From Patescibacteria group bacterium (GTDB lineage: Bacteria; Patescibacteriota; Microgenomatia; UBA8517), in contig JALHYA010000004.1 of NCBI GenBank assembly GCA_022868165.1, forward strand, positions 16,457 through 80,456: a DNA stretch of 64,000 nt, written 5' to 3'. The notes under the pieces are model-generated. The model was given only the letters and a program-made list of their open reading frames with translations, ran no database searches and was not told the origin of the DNA. Below, piece after piece: positions 39,630 to 49,230 of the stretch. The translations under genes were made by a program, and so were the position numbers. Each line of letters starts with the position of its first letter. The first letter of the stretch is position 1.

Positions 39630-40835
39630 TTAGGCTGAATCGACAATCGTCATCTCCGCGTTAGCTGAAATCTTTTCCAAGGAAGCGGGTTTGTTGTTGA
39701 AAAAGGCATATGAGGCGATATATGCGGCGTTGTCCGTGCAGAGATTTGCGGGAGGAAATCGTAAATCAACTTTTAACTTTTCACTTTTCACTTTTAACTC
39801 AAATACTTGTCGAAGACGAGTATTAGCCGATACTCCTCCAGCTAAAAGAAGGGATTTGGGCTTGAATTTCTTTACTGCGTCCAGAGTCTTTTTAACTAAA
39901 ACGTCAACGATTGCCTCCTGTATTTCTGCTGCCAGCCTGGAAGTTAGAGGTGGGAAGCTTGAAGCTGGATGTAGATGTTGGAGTTTAGATTTATTCCAAC
40001 TTCTAACTTCTTTGTCCAGCTTCTCACCTCTATTTTCCAATTTCTCTGTTTCCCTAAGCACCGCTGTCTTAAGGCCCGAAAAACTGAAGTCAAAATTATC
40101 CTCATCAATCATCGGTCTGGGAAGTAGATTTAGTTGGAAGTGGGAGGCAGGAGGCTGGAAGTTCGCTGCGGCGGCGGCGATGGCTGGTCCTCCCGGGTAG
40201 GGAAGTCCCAAAAGACGGGCGGACTTGTCAAAAGCCTCGCCGGCCGCATCATCCCTTGTTCCTCCAATCCACTCTATTTTTCCCCGCCCGCCAGCGCTAC
40301 GCGCAAGCGTTGCGGGCGCGGCGTGGCCTTTCATCAGAACCAAATCCGTATGTCCTCCGGAAACAACCAGTGCCAGTGCCGGAAATTCCGGCCGACTATC
40401 CGTTAGCCAGTTGGCGTATATGTGTGCCACAAGATGGTTAACCGGAATAACAGGCTTTTTCCATAAATAGGAAAGGGTTTTGGCCGTTTCTACTCCGACC
40501 AAAAGGGAACCAATAAGGCCCGGCCCGACGGTTACGGCAATGGCGTCTATATTGGAAGATAGAAGATGGAGGTTTGAAGCTAGATTTTGATGTTGGATAT
40601 TAGATTTTTCCTCCAACTTCGAACTTCTAACTTCAGAGACAGTACTTAGTGCTTCGGAGATAACAGGAAGAACGCTGAGAACCTGCTGGCGTGCAGCCTG
40701 CTCCGGGATTACGCCGCCAAATTTGGCCTGCATTTCCGCGCTCGATGCAACAACATTGGAAAGAATTTTTGTTCCGTCTTCGACAACTGCCGCTGCAGTT
40801 TCATCACATGAGGTCTCTATCCCCAGAATTTTCAT
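39630..40835 (-). CDS. tsaD: tRNA N6-adenosine threonylcarbamoyltransferase TsaD, with low-complexity insertions
   Basis: Contains MKILGIETSCDETAAAVV, AIAVTVGPGLIGSLLVG, VVSGGHT, GGTRDDAAGEAFDK, FSFSGLKTA and LAGGVSANTRLR. At 401 aa it is longer than typical TsaD proteins, which as I recall are about 330-350 aa. Confidence 0.9.
   Translation of the reverse strand: MKILGIETSCDETAAAVVEDGTKILSNVVASSAEMQAKFGGVIPEQAARQQVLSVLPVISEALSTVSEVRSSKLEEKSNIQHQNLASNLHLLSSNIDAIAVTVGPGLIGSLLVGVETAKTLSYLWKKPVIPVNHLVAHIYANWLTDSRPEFPALALVVSGGHTDLVLMKGHAAPATLARSAGGRGKIEWIGGTRDDAAGEAFDKSARLLGLPYPGGPAIAAAAANFQPPASHFQLNLLPRPMIDEDNFDFSFSGLKTAVLRETEKLENRGEKLDKEVRSWNKSKLQHLHPASSFPPLTSRLAAEIQEAIVDVLVKKTLDAVKKFKPKSLLLAGGVSANTRLRQVFELKVKSEKLKVDLRFPPANLCTDNAAYIASYAFFNNKPASLEKISANAEMTIVDSA
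39768..39800. repeat. tandem heptamer repeat (AACTTTT/CACTTTT x4) inside tsaD
   Basis: The sequence aacttttaacttttcacttttcacttttaactc encodes ELKVKSEKLKV on the coding strand. Confidence 0.75.
39936..40046. repeat. GGAAGTT-type palindromic heptamer element, in-frame inside tsaD (copy B)
   Basis: The left half is ctggaag|ttagagg|tgggaag|cttgaag|ctggatg... The right half is ...ccaacttctaacttctttgtccagcttctcacctcta. The arms are mutually complementary, and the element is homologous to 40551-40640. Confidence 0.75.
40551..40640. repeat. GGAAGTT-type palindromic heptamer element, in-frame inside tsaD (copy D)
   Basis: The sequence is attggaagatagaagatggaggtttgaagctagattttgatgttggatattagatttttcctccaacttcgaacttctaacttcagagac. 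With copy B it shares gatgttgga..ttagattt..ccaacttc..taacttc. Confidence 0.75.
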
Positions 40836-40884
40836 TTCCCAATTATACTATTGAATCTGCCTTCCCGGTGCTAAAATTTAGTCC

Positions 40885-41409
40885 ATGAAAGAGGGGCACA
40901 GAGACGACGACTGTATAAACTGGCTTCTGGGAGATTCTTCCGTCTTTCCGGAAAAGAGGGTTTTGAGTGACAATTCCCGACCTCCCTCAAAGGAAGAGTT
41001 AACAGGCCGTGACGCATTTATAAAGGTTGTTTTTGACAAGATTGATAATCTAGTATTTCGACTATCGCGATATAAACATGAACACGTTCGAGGGTATTCG
41101 ACCATAGAAGGGGAATTTTTTATAAACCCAGGTGTCGCCAAAAAAACTTTGAGTTTTTTAGGTTTAGATCAAGAATCTTCCAGGGCCGGAGAGATAACGG
41201 TTGGTGTTTCTGTTTTAGACATAAAAGGTAAACAGGATGGAGCAAAAATATCGGTGAGAGCTCGGGACAAAGAAGCAATTTTTGCCTTTCAGAGAGATAC
41301 AACCGGTTCCAAAATTACTTTTAGCTGGTTTCCCTCCGGCGATGATGCTTTAAGGGGAGACTTCACTCAAAAAGCCCTCGAGGTAGTGGAGGAGATAGAG
41401 AATTTGTAA
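40885..41409 (+). CDS. hypothetical protein
   Basis: A 174-aa ORF divergent from tsaD. I recognised no motif. Confidence 0.55.
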   Translation: MKEGHRDDDCINWLLGDSSVFPEKRVLSDNSRPPSKEELTGRDAFIKVVFDKIDNLVFRLSRYKHEHVRGYSTIEGEFFINPGVAKKTLSFLGLDQESSRAGEITVGVSVLDIKGKQDGAKISVRARDKEAIFAFQRDTTGSKITFSWFPSGDDALRGDFTQKALEVVEEIENL

Positions 41410-41416
41410 AAATAAA

Positions 41417-43159
41417 TCAGTTTGCTGGGCCTGTCCCTCGAAGGTAGACAGCCTGCCAGGGTCGAAAATTTGAAACAAAAGTTTTCTGATAGATTGTCTC
41501 TCCGCCCCTTTCGACGGAATAGTTGAAAGTTACGGTTGCTCCCCAGGCGGTAAAATCAACCTGTTTTACCGTTCCTGTGGGCAGAGTCGGGTCGTCCTGA
41601 TAAAGATCCGGCGGTGGGGGAGATTGATTGGTGATAATCGGCTTGGTTACGGTTGCTACCCTACTGTCTTTGGTTCCGTAGAGCTCGAAAACAAGATTCA
41701 TAGTATTTAAGTCGACCGAAGTTTGAATGAGGATATATCCGGGAGTATCGTTTTTGAATTTCAAATCCGGCGAAGGAGAGTAAACCGTTGCATCAAGGCC
41801 GGGAGGAGAGTCCTGTTCGTAGTAGCCGACGCGATAGGCATGTGCGGCTCTCTCGGCAATTGGGAGTCCGGCATTTAATATTGCCCTAAAAAGGGTTGTC
41901 GAAACCTGGCAAACCCCACCGCCGTCTCCAAGGACGGTTTTTCCGTCTTTTATTATGTAGGCCTGTTTGTAGCCGGTGTAGGGGGAAACGTCTCCCAGAA
42001 CGTCATTGAAGGAAAAAGTATCTCCGGGTTTTACCAAGACTCCGTTGAATCTTGAGGAAGCGAGAACAATATTGTGAATCCTTCCCGGGATAGAGTGGAA
42101 GAAAAGCGAGGAGCCCCGGCCGATTAGCTCCTTTATTCCCAAATTGTTTATGTCTCCTGTTTTAATTTCCGGGGGAGTTGTAACAACGGGAATATCAACG
42201 GATGCCGTTTTTGCATCAGTTGATTCGAGAGTCTGGAGATTTCCGACGACTCGAGTTTCAAGAGCCGAAATATCTACTTTTGCGCCGTCTTTTGAAGGCT
42301 TAAACTCCTGAACCTTTCCGCCCTGAAAGACAAACACAGAATCTTGGGGTTCCCGGTTTACGGATTTGGCAATAGTCTCTTCTTCGGCCTCAATTGCACT
42401 TGTCGAATATTTTCCTTGGGGATTTAAAAACTTGAACAACTCTTCGGAAGAGAAAGAAAACCTTTGAAATTCAAAGCTTAGGTTCAGGGTTTTGCCCACA
42501 AGATTTTGGGCTCTTTCTTTAAATTTATTGGTCTGTTCGGTGTCAAGCGAAGGATCTACTTTGACAATCGGAACATTTATCGGAGAGGTTTTGGCAAAAG
42601 CCAGGTTTTGGCCTATTTCCACGCGAAGAAGCTGGTTATCCAAATTTGTCCCTTTCTTTCCGTTATCTATGACTACATTTCCTCCCACAAGTTTCGCCGT
42701 AGGATATATGGGGTCAACGGTTACTTGGCCCGCGAGAACCGAAATTTGGCTGTTTAATTTGTCCTCGTTGAGATTTATTCTTGAGCCAAGATTTATATGC
42801 CTAAAAAAGCCAAGTGAGCGGCAGTAAAAGTCGGCAAGAATATTTCCGGTTCTGTCCAAGTTGTAAGCCGCCCGGGCGGACTCATTAAAGTTATAAGAAA
42901 AATCAAAAGAGCCGGTTTCGATGTCAAAGTTTTGTCCGTTTGCGCTCAAGGTTAGCTTTGCCGGAGGGACCAATGATTTTTCCAAAGTACTTTGGGCTTC
43001 CTCGGGAGTTTTGCCTCCCAGATAAATTCCGGCGACGGATATGCCCGGAAAAATTCTTCCGGCAAATGCGATGTTATAAGCAGCAAAAAGGACAAGGACC
43101 GAGGTAAAAGAAATTAGAATTTTTTGCAGGTTTTTTTGTTTTTTTCGGGAAAACTTCAT
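41417..43159 (-). CDS. VanW-family protein
   Basis: The VanW core is GGGVCQVSTTLFRAILNAGLPIAERAAHAYRVGYY. An N-terminal TM anchor follows MKFSRKKQKNLQK. I moved the start from 43255 to ATG 43159. Confidence 0.75.
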   Translation of the reverse strand: MKFSRKKQKNLQKILISFTSVLVLFAAYNIAFAGRIFPGISVAGIYLGGKTPEEAQSTLEKSLVPPAKLTLSANGQNFDIETGSFDFSYNFNESARAAYNLDRTGNILADFYCRSLGFFRHINLGSRINLNEDKLNSQISVLAGQVTVDPIYPTAKLVGGNVVIDNGKKGTNLDNQLLRVEIGQNLAFAKTSPINVPIVKVDPSLDTEQTNKFKERAQNLVGKTLNLSFEFQRFSFSSEELFKFLNPQGKYSTSAIEAEEETIAKSVNREPQDSVFVFQGGKVQEFKPSKDGAKVDISALETRVVGNLQTLESTDAKTASVDIPVVTTPPEIKTGDINNLGIKELIGRGSSLFFHSIPGRIHNIVLASSRFNGVLVKPGDTFSFNDVLGDVSPYTGYKQAYIIKDGKTVLGDGGGVCQVSTTLFRAILNAGLPIAERAAHAYRVGYYEQDSPPGLDATVYSPSPDLKFKNDTPGYILIQTSVDLNTMNLVFELYGTKDSRVATVTKPIITNQSPPPPDLYQDDPTLPTGTVKQVDFTAWGATVTFNYSVERGGETIYQKTFVSNFRPWQAVYLRGTGPAN

Positions 43160-43195
43160 GGCTAGTAAATATGATAACATTAAGTTTGAAATTAT

Positions 43196-44578
43196 ATGGA
43201 CGGACAAAATATTTACCAGCCTCAAACTCCAACACCGGTTGTTCCGGTACCTCAAGTTACACCTCCAGCACCAAAAAGGAGAATTCCAAAGATAATTATT
43301 TTTATTTTGCTTGGGCTTGTCTTGCTTTCTTTGATTTTTGCAGCGATTAAATTTTTGCCTAAAAAGACAGCGGGCGGAGGTGAAATTACAATGTGGGGTC
43401 TTTGGGAAGACGAACCAACATTTGCACCACTAATTGCAGAATACCAACAGCAAAATCCCGGCGTAAAAATAACATATGTAAGACAATCCCAACAGGATTA
43501 CCGCGAAAGGCTTACAAATTCTTTGGCCAAGGGAGACGGCCCCGATATTTTCCGTTTCCACAATTCTTGGGTTCCGATGCTTAAAAGCAGTTTGGATTAT
43601 GTTCCGGCGTCGGTAATAAGCCCGGCCGATTTTGCCAAGAATTACTACCCCGTAATGACAAGCGATTTGTCCAGCGGAACCGGTATTGTAGGAATTCCTT
43701 TAATGTATGACGGCTTGGCGCTATTTATTAACCAGGATATTTTTGACAAAGCCGGAAAAATCCCACCGACCACATGGGATGAGCTAAGGATTACCGCTAA
43801 GGCGCTGACCCAAAAAGACGATCAAGGAGTTATCACACAAGCGGGAGTTGCATTGGGTAAAACTGGGAATGTCGACAATTGGCCGGAAATTTTGGCCTTG
43901 ATGATGCTTCAGAACGGAGTTTCTCTTTTTAAACCGACGGGCAAATTGGCTGAAGACGCCTTAACTTTCTACACCCTTTTTTCTACCGTAGACGGGGTGT
44001 GGGACGATACACAGCCGCCTTCGACCGTCGCCTTTGCTACCGGGAAACTTGCAATGTATATTGGACCTTCGTGGCGGGCCTTTGAAATAATGCAGCAAAA
44101 TCCGTCTTTGAAGTTTACAGTTGCACCTGTTCCTCAAGTTCCTAAAGTAAGCCAAAACCAGCCCGGCATTACCTATGCGACATATTGGGTAGAAGGGGTT
44201 TGGGCAAAGAGCAAAAACACGCAGGCCGCCTGGGATTTTCTGAAATTTCTTTCGAGCAAGGATTCATTGACCAAGCTTTACACCAACGCTTCGGCCCAGA
44301 GGCAATTCGGCGAACCCTATCCGAGAACGGATATGGCGGACCTACTCAAGGACCAGCCGATTTTGGCTCCGATTATTTCTCAGGCGCCCAACGCCGAAAG
44401 CTGGTATCTTGATTCGAGAACTTTTGACGGCCCGACAGGAATCAATTCGCAAATAAACAAGTATTTCGAAGATGCTGTAAATGCGGTAGGAAGCGGAACG
44501 CCGGCCGCAAAGGCCCTCGAAACCGTAGCCTCGGGAGTATCCCAAGTTCTTGCCCAATACGGTATGATTGCAAAATGA
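43196..44578 (+). CDS. ABC-transporter extracellular solute-binding protein (family 1, sugar type), membrane-anchored
   Basis: 460 aa with an N-terminal TM helix followed by ITMWGLWEDEPTFAPLIAEYQQQNPGVKITYV...GDGPDIFRFHNSWVPML. No permease or ATPase gene is adjacent. Confidence 0.7.
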   Translation: MDGQNIYQPQTPTPVVPVPQVTPPAPKRRIPKIIIFILLGLVLLSLIFAAIKFLPKKTAGGGEITMWGLWEDEPTFAPLIAEYQQQNPGVKITYVRQSQQDYRERLTNSLAKGDGPDIFRFHNSWVPMLKSSLDYVPASVISPADFAKNYYPVMTSDLSSGTGIVGIPLMYDGLALFINQDIFDKAGKIPPTTWDELRITAKALTQKDDQGVITQAGVALGKTGNVDNWPEILALMMLQNGVSLFKPTGKLAEDALTFYTLFSTVDGVWDDTQPPSTVAFATGKLAMYIGPSWRAFEIMQQNPSLKFTVAPVPQVPKVSQNQPGITYATYWVEGVWAKSKNTQAAWDFLKFLSSKDSLTKLYTNASAQRQFGEPYPRTDMADLLKDQPILAPIISQAPNAESWYLDSRTFDGPTGINSQINKYFEDAVNAVGSGTPAAKALETVASGVSQVLAQYGMIAK

Positions 44579-45384
44579 AGCTTGAAGCCGGCGAGGTTGC
44601 CTCGATTTATTATCACGACATTTTTGATTATCCTCTAACCCCTTTTGATTTAATCCGCTGGCGGGCGGGGGAAAAGGTAAGACCTAAAGATTTGAATTTT
44701 GAGATTACCCAAGAGAGGGGATACCTTTTTGTCAAAGGCCGCAAGGGACTGATTTTCAAAAGAACGATTCGCGAGAAAAACTTCCAGAGGAAAAAGGAAA
44801 TTGCCCAAAGCGCGGCAAGACTTCTTGCCAAACTTCCGACAATAAAAGTAATCGGACTTACGGGTTCGTTGGCAATGCAAAATGCACCGGATTCGTCCGA
44901 TATAGATTTTTTGATAATCACACGGAAGGGAACTCTTTGGACAACAAGGCTTTTGTCGTTTTTGCTTTTGAAATTGGCAGGTATTCCCACCAGAAGATTT
45001 GGAGACAAAAAGGAAAAGGACAAGATTTGTTTAAATTTGTGGCTCGACGAAACCGCACTTAACTGGCCAAAAACGCAAAGAAACGCTTATACAGCCCACG
45101 AAATCGCACAAATAATCCCGGTGGCGGATAAAGACAAGGTATTCGAAAAATTCCTGTGGCTGAACCGCTGGATAGAGAAGTATTGGCCCAACGCGATTAA
45201 GATAAGAAAAGCTATATTCCGTTCTGGAAAAAAGTCAGGCCCGAGCTTTATCGAGTTTATCGCCAGAAATTTTCAGTTCTGGCACATGAGAGGTAAGATT
45301 ACCCGGGAAAGAGTTTCCAAGAAAAAAGCTCTTTTTCATCCTCAGGATTGGGGAGAAATAGTTAAAACGCGATTTTACACTTGA
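44575..45384 (+). CDS. nucleotidyltransferase (Pol-beta superfamily) domain protein
   Basis: IGLTGSLAMQNAPDSSDIDFLIIT fits the GS...D.D NTase motif. Confidence 0.45.
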   Translation: MKLEAGEVASIYYHDIFDYPLTPFDLIRWRAGEKVRPKDLNFEITQERGYLFVKGRKGLIFKRTIREKNFQRKKEIAQSAARLLAKLPTIKVIGLTGSLAMQNAPDSSDIDFLIITRKGTLWTTRLLSFLLLKLAGIPTRRFGDKKEKDKICLNLWLDETALNWPKTQRNAYTAHEIAQIIPVADKDKVFEKFLWLNRWIEKYWPNAIKIRKAIFRSGKKSGPSFIEFIARNFQFWHMRGKITRERVSKKKALFHPQDWGEIVKTRFYT

Positions 45385-45408
45385 CAATATCCGCCCACCC
45401 CGTATAAA
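45381..45408 (+). promoter_or_regulatory. groES-groEL promoter
   Basis: TTGACA (45381-45386), a 16-nt spacer, then TATAAA (45403-45408). Confidence 0.6.
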
Positions 45409-45409
45409 A

Positions 45410-45435
45410 TAGCACTCGCTGTTGGTATTTGCTAA
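45410..45435 (+). promoter_or_regulatory. degenerate CIRCE-like operator
   Basis: tAGCACTC-N9-atTTGCTAA against the CIRCE consensus TTAGCACTC-N9-GAGTGCTAA. The left half is nearly intact and the right half matches 6 of 9. It lies just downstream of the -10. Confidence 0.45.
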
Positions 45436-45450
45436 CAGTTTTTCTAGTAT

Positions 45451-45759
45451 ATGGCAGCCAAATCTTCAAAACCTAATTTTAAGCCCACTGCGGGCTACGT
45501 TCTTATTGAGCCTTTAGAAGCCGAGACAAAAACAGCCTCGGGCATTTATCTTCCCGACACAGCCAGTGAAAAACCCCTAAAAGGAAAAGTCTTGGCAGTA
45601 GGCCCCGACGAGATAACAGATTCCGGTGCCAAAAGGTCGGCTCCGGTAAAAGCGGGGGATTATGTCATTTACAAAAAATGGGGAGGAAACGAAGTCAAAA
45701 TTGACGGCAAAGAATATCTTTTTGCAAAATTCGAGGACGTTTTAGCTGTTGAAGGCTAA
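45451..45759 (+). CDS. groES: co-chaperonin GroES
   Basis: 102 aa containing [28 protein letters not shown]...KGKVLAVG. Confidence 0.95.
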   Translation: MAAKSSKPNFKPTAGYVLIEPLEAETKTASGIYLPDTASEKPLKGKVLAVGPDEITDSGAKRSAPVKAGDYVIYKKWGGNEVKIDGKEYLFAKFEDVLAVEG

Positions 45760-45782
45760 AACGTGGTGAGCGAAGTCGAACC

Positions 45783-47420
45783 ATGGCTAAACAATTAAAA
45801 TTCAGCGAAGACGCAAGACAAGCCCTACTTAAGGGAATGGAAGTCGTATCCAAGGCTGTCGTAACAACTTTGGGTCCAAAAGGCAGAAATATTGCTTTGG
45901 ATAAAAAGTGGGGAGCTCCAAACATAGTCCACGATGGAGTTTCCGTTGCCAAAGAAATTGATCTGGCCGACCCATTCGAAAATATGGGCGCACAATTGGT
46001 CAAAGAAGCCGCTTCAAAGACCAACGATGATGCCGGAGACGGAACGACTACAGCTACCCTTCTTGCCTATTCTATGACCAGAGACGGAATGAAGAATGTA
46101 GCTGCCGGAGCAAACCCGATGATTGTCAAAAAAGGAATTGAAAAAGCAGTTGCGGCTGTCGTTGAGGGCCTTAAGAAAATCTCCAAACCTATCAAAAACA
46201 GGGAAGAAATTACACAGGTTGCCACAATTTCCGCGGGAGACAGCGAGATTGGTGCCAAAATTGCCGAGGCTTTGGACAAAGTCGGAAGAGACGGAGTAGT
46301 TACAGTTGAAGAAGGAAAGGGCCTAACAATCGATATTGAATACAAAGAAGGAATGGAATTCGATAAAGGATATGCTTCGGCATACTTTGTCACGGAACCC
46401 GAAAAAATGGAGGCAGAGATTGAAAATCCATATATTTTGCTTACCGACAAGAAGATCTCCGCAATTGCCGACCTCCTTCCTTTCTTAGAAAAGTTTGTTA
46501 AAGTTTCCAAAAACCTCGTAATAATTGCCGACGAAATAGAAGGCGAAGCCCTAGCTACATTGGTTGTAAATAAACTTCGCGGAACCTTCAATATTTTGGC
46601 CATAAAGGCTCCGGGATTTGGCGACAGGCGCAAGGAAATGCTTGAGGACATAGCAATACTAACTGGCGGTTCGGTAATTAGCGAAGATACGGGCAAAACC
46701 TTCGAAAATATTGAAGTTGCGGATTTGGGACAGGCAGAAAAAGTTTGGGCCGACAAGGAAAACGCTCGAATAATCGGCGGAAAAGGCTCAAAAGCGGCAA
46801 TTAGTGCCAGAATAAGTCTTGTCAAAAACCAAATAGAAGAGTCCGACTCGGATTTCGACAAGGAGAAATTTGAGGAAAGATTGGCAAAGCTTTCCGGAGG
46901 AGTTGCTCAAATTAATGTTGGTGCAGCAACCGAGATTGAACTTAACGAGAAAAAAGAGAGAGTAAAAGATGCGGTTGGAGCGACAAAGGCTGCCGTAGAA
47001 GAGGGAATTTTGCCCGGCGGAGGAGTTGCACTTTTAAGAGCCAGGGAAGTTTTAAAAACCTTAACTGTTGAAAAAGGTATTAATAATAAAGATGAGCAGA
47101 CCGCCAAGGATATTGTATATGAAGCCTTGGAGCAGCCTCTCCGCTGGTTGGCTAAAAATGCCGGGGAGGACGATGGGTATGTTCTTAAGAAAATTGAAGA
47201 AGCAAAAGACGGTGATTATGGTTTCAATGCGCTAACCGGAGAATTCGGTTCAATGACCAAATTTGGAATTTTGGATCCCCTTAAGGTGACCAGGACCGCT
47301 CTTCAAAACGCCGCATCGGTTGCAATGATGGTTCTGACGACCGAAGGATTGGTTACGGATATCCCGGAAAAAGAAAAATCCACCCCGACTCCTGATATGG
47401 GTGGGGGAATGGAGTATTAA
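45783..47420 (+). CDS. groEL: chaperonin GroEL
   Basis: 545 aa containing [21 protein letters not shown], and the C-terminal GGM motif. Confidence 0.97.
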   Translation: MAKQLKFSEDARQALLKGMEVVSKAVVTTLGPKGRNIALDKKWGAPNIVHDGVSVAKEIDLADPFENMGAQLVKEAASKTNDDAGDGTTTATLLAYSMTRDGMKNVAAGANPMIVKKGIEKAVAAVVEGLKKISKPIKNREEITQVATISAGDSEIGAKIAEALDKVGRDGVVTVEEGKGLTIDIEYKEGMEFDKGYASAYFVTEPEKMEAEIENPYILLTDKKISAIADLLPFLEKFVKVSKNLVIIADEIEGEALATLVVNKLRGTFNILAIKAPGFGDRRKEMLEDIAILTGGSVISEDTGKTFENIEVADLGQAEKVWADKENARIIGGKGSKAAISARISLVKNQIEESDSDFDKEKFEERLAKLSGGVAQINVGAATEIELNEKKERVKDAVGATKAAVEEGILPGGGVALLRAREVLKTLTVEKGINNKDEQTAKDIVYEALEQPLRWLAKNAGEDDGYVLKKIEEAKDGDYGFNALTGEFGSMTKFGILDPLKVTRTALQNAASVAMMVLTTEGLVTDIPEKEKSTPTPDMGGGMEY

Positions 47421-47732
47421 TTAGTTTTTGCTAGGCAATGGATAAACCCCCAAGGGGGCAGAATAAATTCTTTTATCTTCGCTTACCCCAAGATCTCTGG
47501 CGAGTTTTTCTATTTCCTGCTTACCTCTCACTGCGTGTTTTGGTGAAACTAAATAACCAGAATCCGGATGTCGCGGATGGGGAGAGACAAGAGAAAGGAA
47601 ATCATATATCTGTTCAGTTGCTTGCAGCTCGTTTTCAACACGCTCTCGGCCATCGGGGATGGGGGTAACCATATGTGGTTGGCCGAAAGGGTCTTCGGCT
47701 ACAGGATAGTAGTTTTTGATTCTTTCTGGCAT
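47421..47732 (-). CDS. hypothetical protein
   Basis: A 103-aa ORF whose stop abuts the groEL stop. I recognised no motif. Confidence 0.5.
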   Translation of the reverse strand: MPERIKNYYPVAEDPFGQPHMVTPIPDGRERVENELQATEQIYDFLSLVSPHPRHPDSGYLVSPKHAVRGKQEIEKLARDLGVSEDKRIYSAPLGVYPLPSKN

Positions 47733-47741
47733 GGGTGAATT

Positions 47742-47850
47742 ATGACATCCTCCCCGCTCAAAAGAGCGGGGTTCCCTCTAAAGGAGGATGACATATCAGC
47801 GTTCAATTCATCCCCGACTAAGTCGGGGTTTTCTTGAATGCTGTTATAAT
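47742..47850 (+). repeat. promoter-proximal structured repeat, copy c (upstream of ORF 47860)
   Basis: The sequence is atgacatcctcc-ccgctcaaaagagcggggttccctctaaa-ggaggatgacat-atcagcgttcaattcat-ccccgactaagtcgggg-ttttc-ttgaatgctgttataat. Confidence 0.8.
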
Positions 47851-47859
47851 ATACGCCCT

Positions 47860-48267
47860 ATGGGAAAAGAAAGAAAAAACGATTTTATGCCCCAGGAAAT
47901 TTATGGCGATACGCCGGCGACAAGACGCTGGTTTGCGATTTCCATATGTGAGGTAGCCAAGTACAAGCTTAAAATTAGAGGCGTTCATGAGCCTTCTTGT
48001 GAGGAAATCGAAGCTTTCGTTAAACGGATTAAAGAAAAGCATCCGGGAGAGTGGGCGGTGTTGAGGGATAAGGCCTCGCAACTCCGAAGGAACGAATTCC
48101 TAAAAATAAAAAGAGAGCTCTTTGGGGAAGCCGCGTTTTCTAAGGATGTTTTGATAGGTGTTGGCGAAAAAGTAGAGGAAATTTATCAGGAAATAGACAA
48201 AGATTTGTCAAGAAACTGTGCATTTTTAGATAAAATAATTTTTCCCGAACAAGAGGAAGAAGAATAG
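47860..48267 (+). CDS. hypothetical protein (acidic C-terminus)
   Basis: 135 aa from ATG 47860. The ORF-track start at 47788 reads through the repeat. TATAAT (47845-47850) lies 9 nt upstream. Confidence 0.6.
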   Translation: MGKERKNDFMPQEIYGDTPATRRWFAISICEVAKYKLKIRGVHEPSCEEIEAFVKRIKEKHPGEWAVLRDKASQLRRNEFLKIKRELFGEAAFSKDVLIGVGEKVEEIYQEIDKDLSRNCAFLDKIIFPEQEEEE

Positions 48268-48356
48268 GAATCTTACTCAAAAAGTCTTTTAATGGCCGAA
48301 AGTTAGGACAAATTGCCACCAAATGGATTCCTTACCGAACGGTTGCTTCTTGGTAC

Positions 48357-49100
48357 TTATGGCATTGGGACTATTGCCCAGGGGTTCATAGGAATTCCGT
48401 TCTGTCTAACTTCAAGGTGGACATGAGGCCCGGTTGCGTGCCCCGTAGCACCCATTTTACCGACTTCGATGATAGTTGTGACATACTGGCCTTCAGCCAC
48501 TTCAATTTCCGATAGATGAGCATAAAGAGAAGTAATTTCGTTCCCATGGCCGATGATTATGGCGTTTCCGTAGCCGTATCTCGAATGGTCGACAGCCTCA
48601 ATAACGCCTCCCATAATAGGGTAGACCGGTTCGCCCAAGTTTCCCGCAAGGTCAACTCCGGGGTGGAAAAAGCTAAATCCCTGGCTAATCATAAACTCCT
48701 TAACAGGAGTTTGGATTTTGCGTTCGGTTGTAAGCGGAGCAATATTTTCCTGAATAACTGCCGAGTCCGGCGCCGTTGTGTCTATGGTTTTGATGGGAAG
48801 AAAAGAGGACAAAATAATGCCCATGGCAAGGTTTGCGCCCAGAAGTTTTTTAACACTTCTGTGCTCAAAGACATGCCTGAAAAACCTCGAGATTTTACTA
48901 CCCTTTCTGGCCTTCTTGATGTCTTCAAGGCTAGGCATAAGGGGTAAATCATCAGAGGATTTTCGCCTTCTTACAAGATGAAGACGAAGGCGATATTTGG
49001 ACAGATTTAGCGATAGTTGTACCATATTGGGCAGATTTGTTGGGACAAAAAAATCCCGCATTTGTGCGGGACGCGTGAGTTTAGCTGATGAAGAGCCCAA
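48357..49100 (-). CDS. M23-family metallopeptidase (start uncertain)
   Basis: Contains HPGVDLAG...GYGNAIIIGHGNEITSLYAHL...GATGHATGPHVHLEV, which gives the HxxxD and HxH motifs. Confidence 0.8.
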   Translation of the reverse strand: MGSSSAKLTRPAQMRDFFVPTNLPNMVQLSLNLSKYRLRLHLVRRRKSSDDLPLMPSLEDIKKARKGSKISRFFRHVFEHRSVKKLLGANLAMGIILSSFLPIKTIDTTAPDSAVIQENIAPLTTERKIQTPVKEFMISQGFSFFHPGVDLAGNLGEPVYPIMGGVIEAVDHSRYGYGNAIIIGHGNEITSLYAHLSEIEVAEGQYVTTIIEVGKMGATGHATGPHVHLEVRQNGIPMNPWAIVPMP

Positions 49101-49158
49101 AAGTCAAGTTTTAAAGTTTTGTATCCGGAAGTGAGTTAAGATACAATATCAGTGTTTC

Positions 49159-49230
49159 GGCCTGGTGGCGAAGTGGAAACGCTGCGGTCTGCAAAACCGC
49201 GATGCGAGGGTTCGATTCCCTCCCAGGCCT
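49159..49230 (+). tRNA. tRNA-Cys (anticodon GCA), CCA not encoded
   Basis: I folded it by hand. The acceptor is GGCCUGG/CCAGGCC, the anticodon arm GCGGU-CUGCAAA-ACCGC, and the T arm GAGGG-UUCGAUU-CCCUC, with discriminator U. It is 72 nt long. Confidence 0.85.

Noticed and set aside
39691-40200. A 169-aa plus-strand ORF antisense to tsaD.
   Set aside because: tsaD motifs are unambiguous on the minus strand. The antisense ORF is kept open by the purine/pyrimidine-biased heptamer arrays.
46067-46861. A 264-aa ORF antisense to groEL.
   Set aside because: groEL is unambiguous on the plus strand. The antisense frame is the Ser/Ile/Ala-rich shadow typical of groEL.
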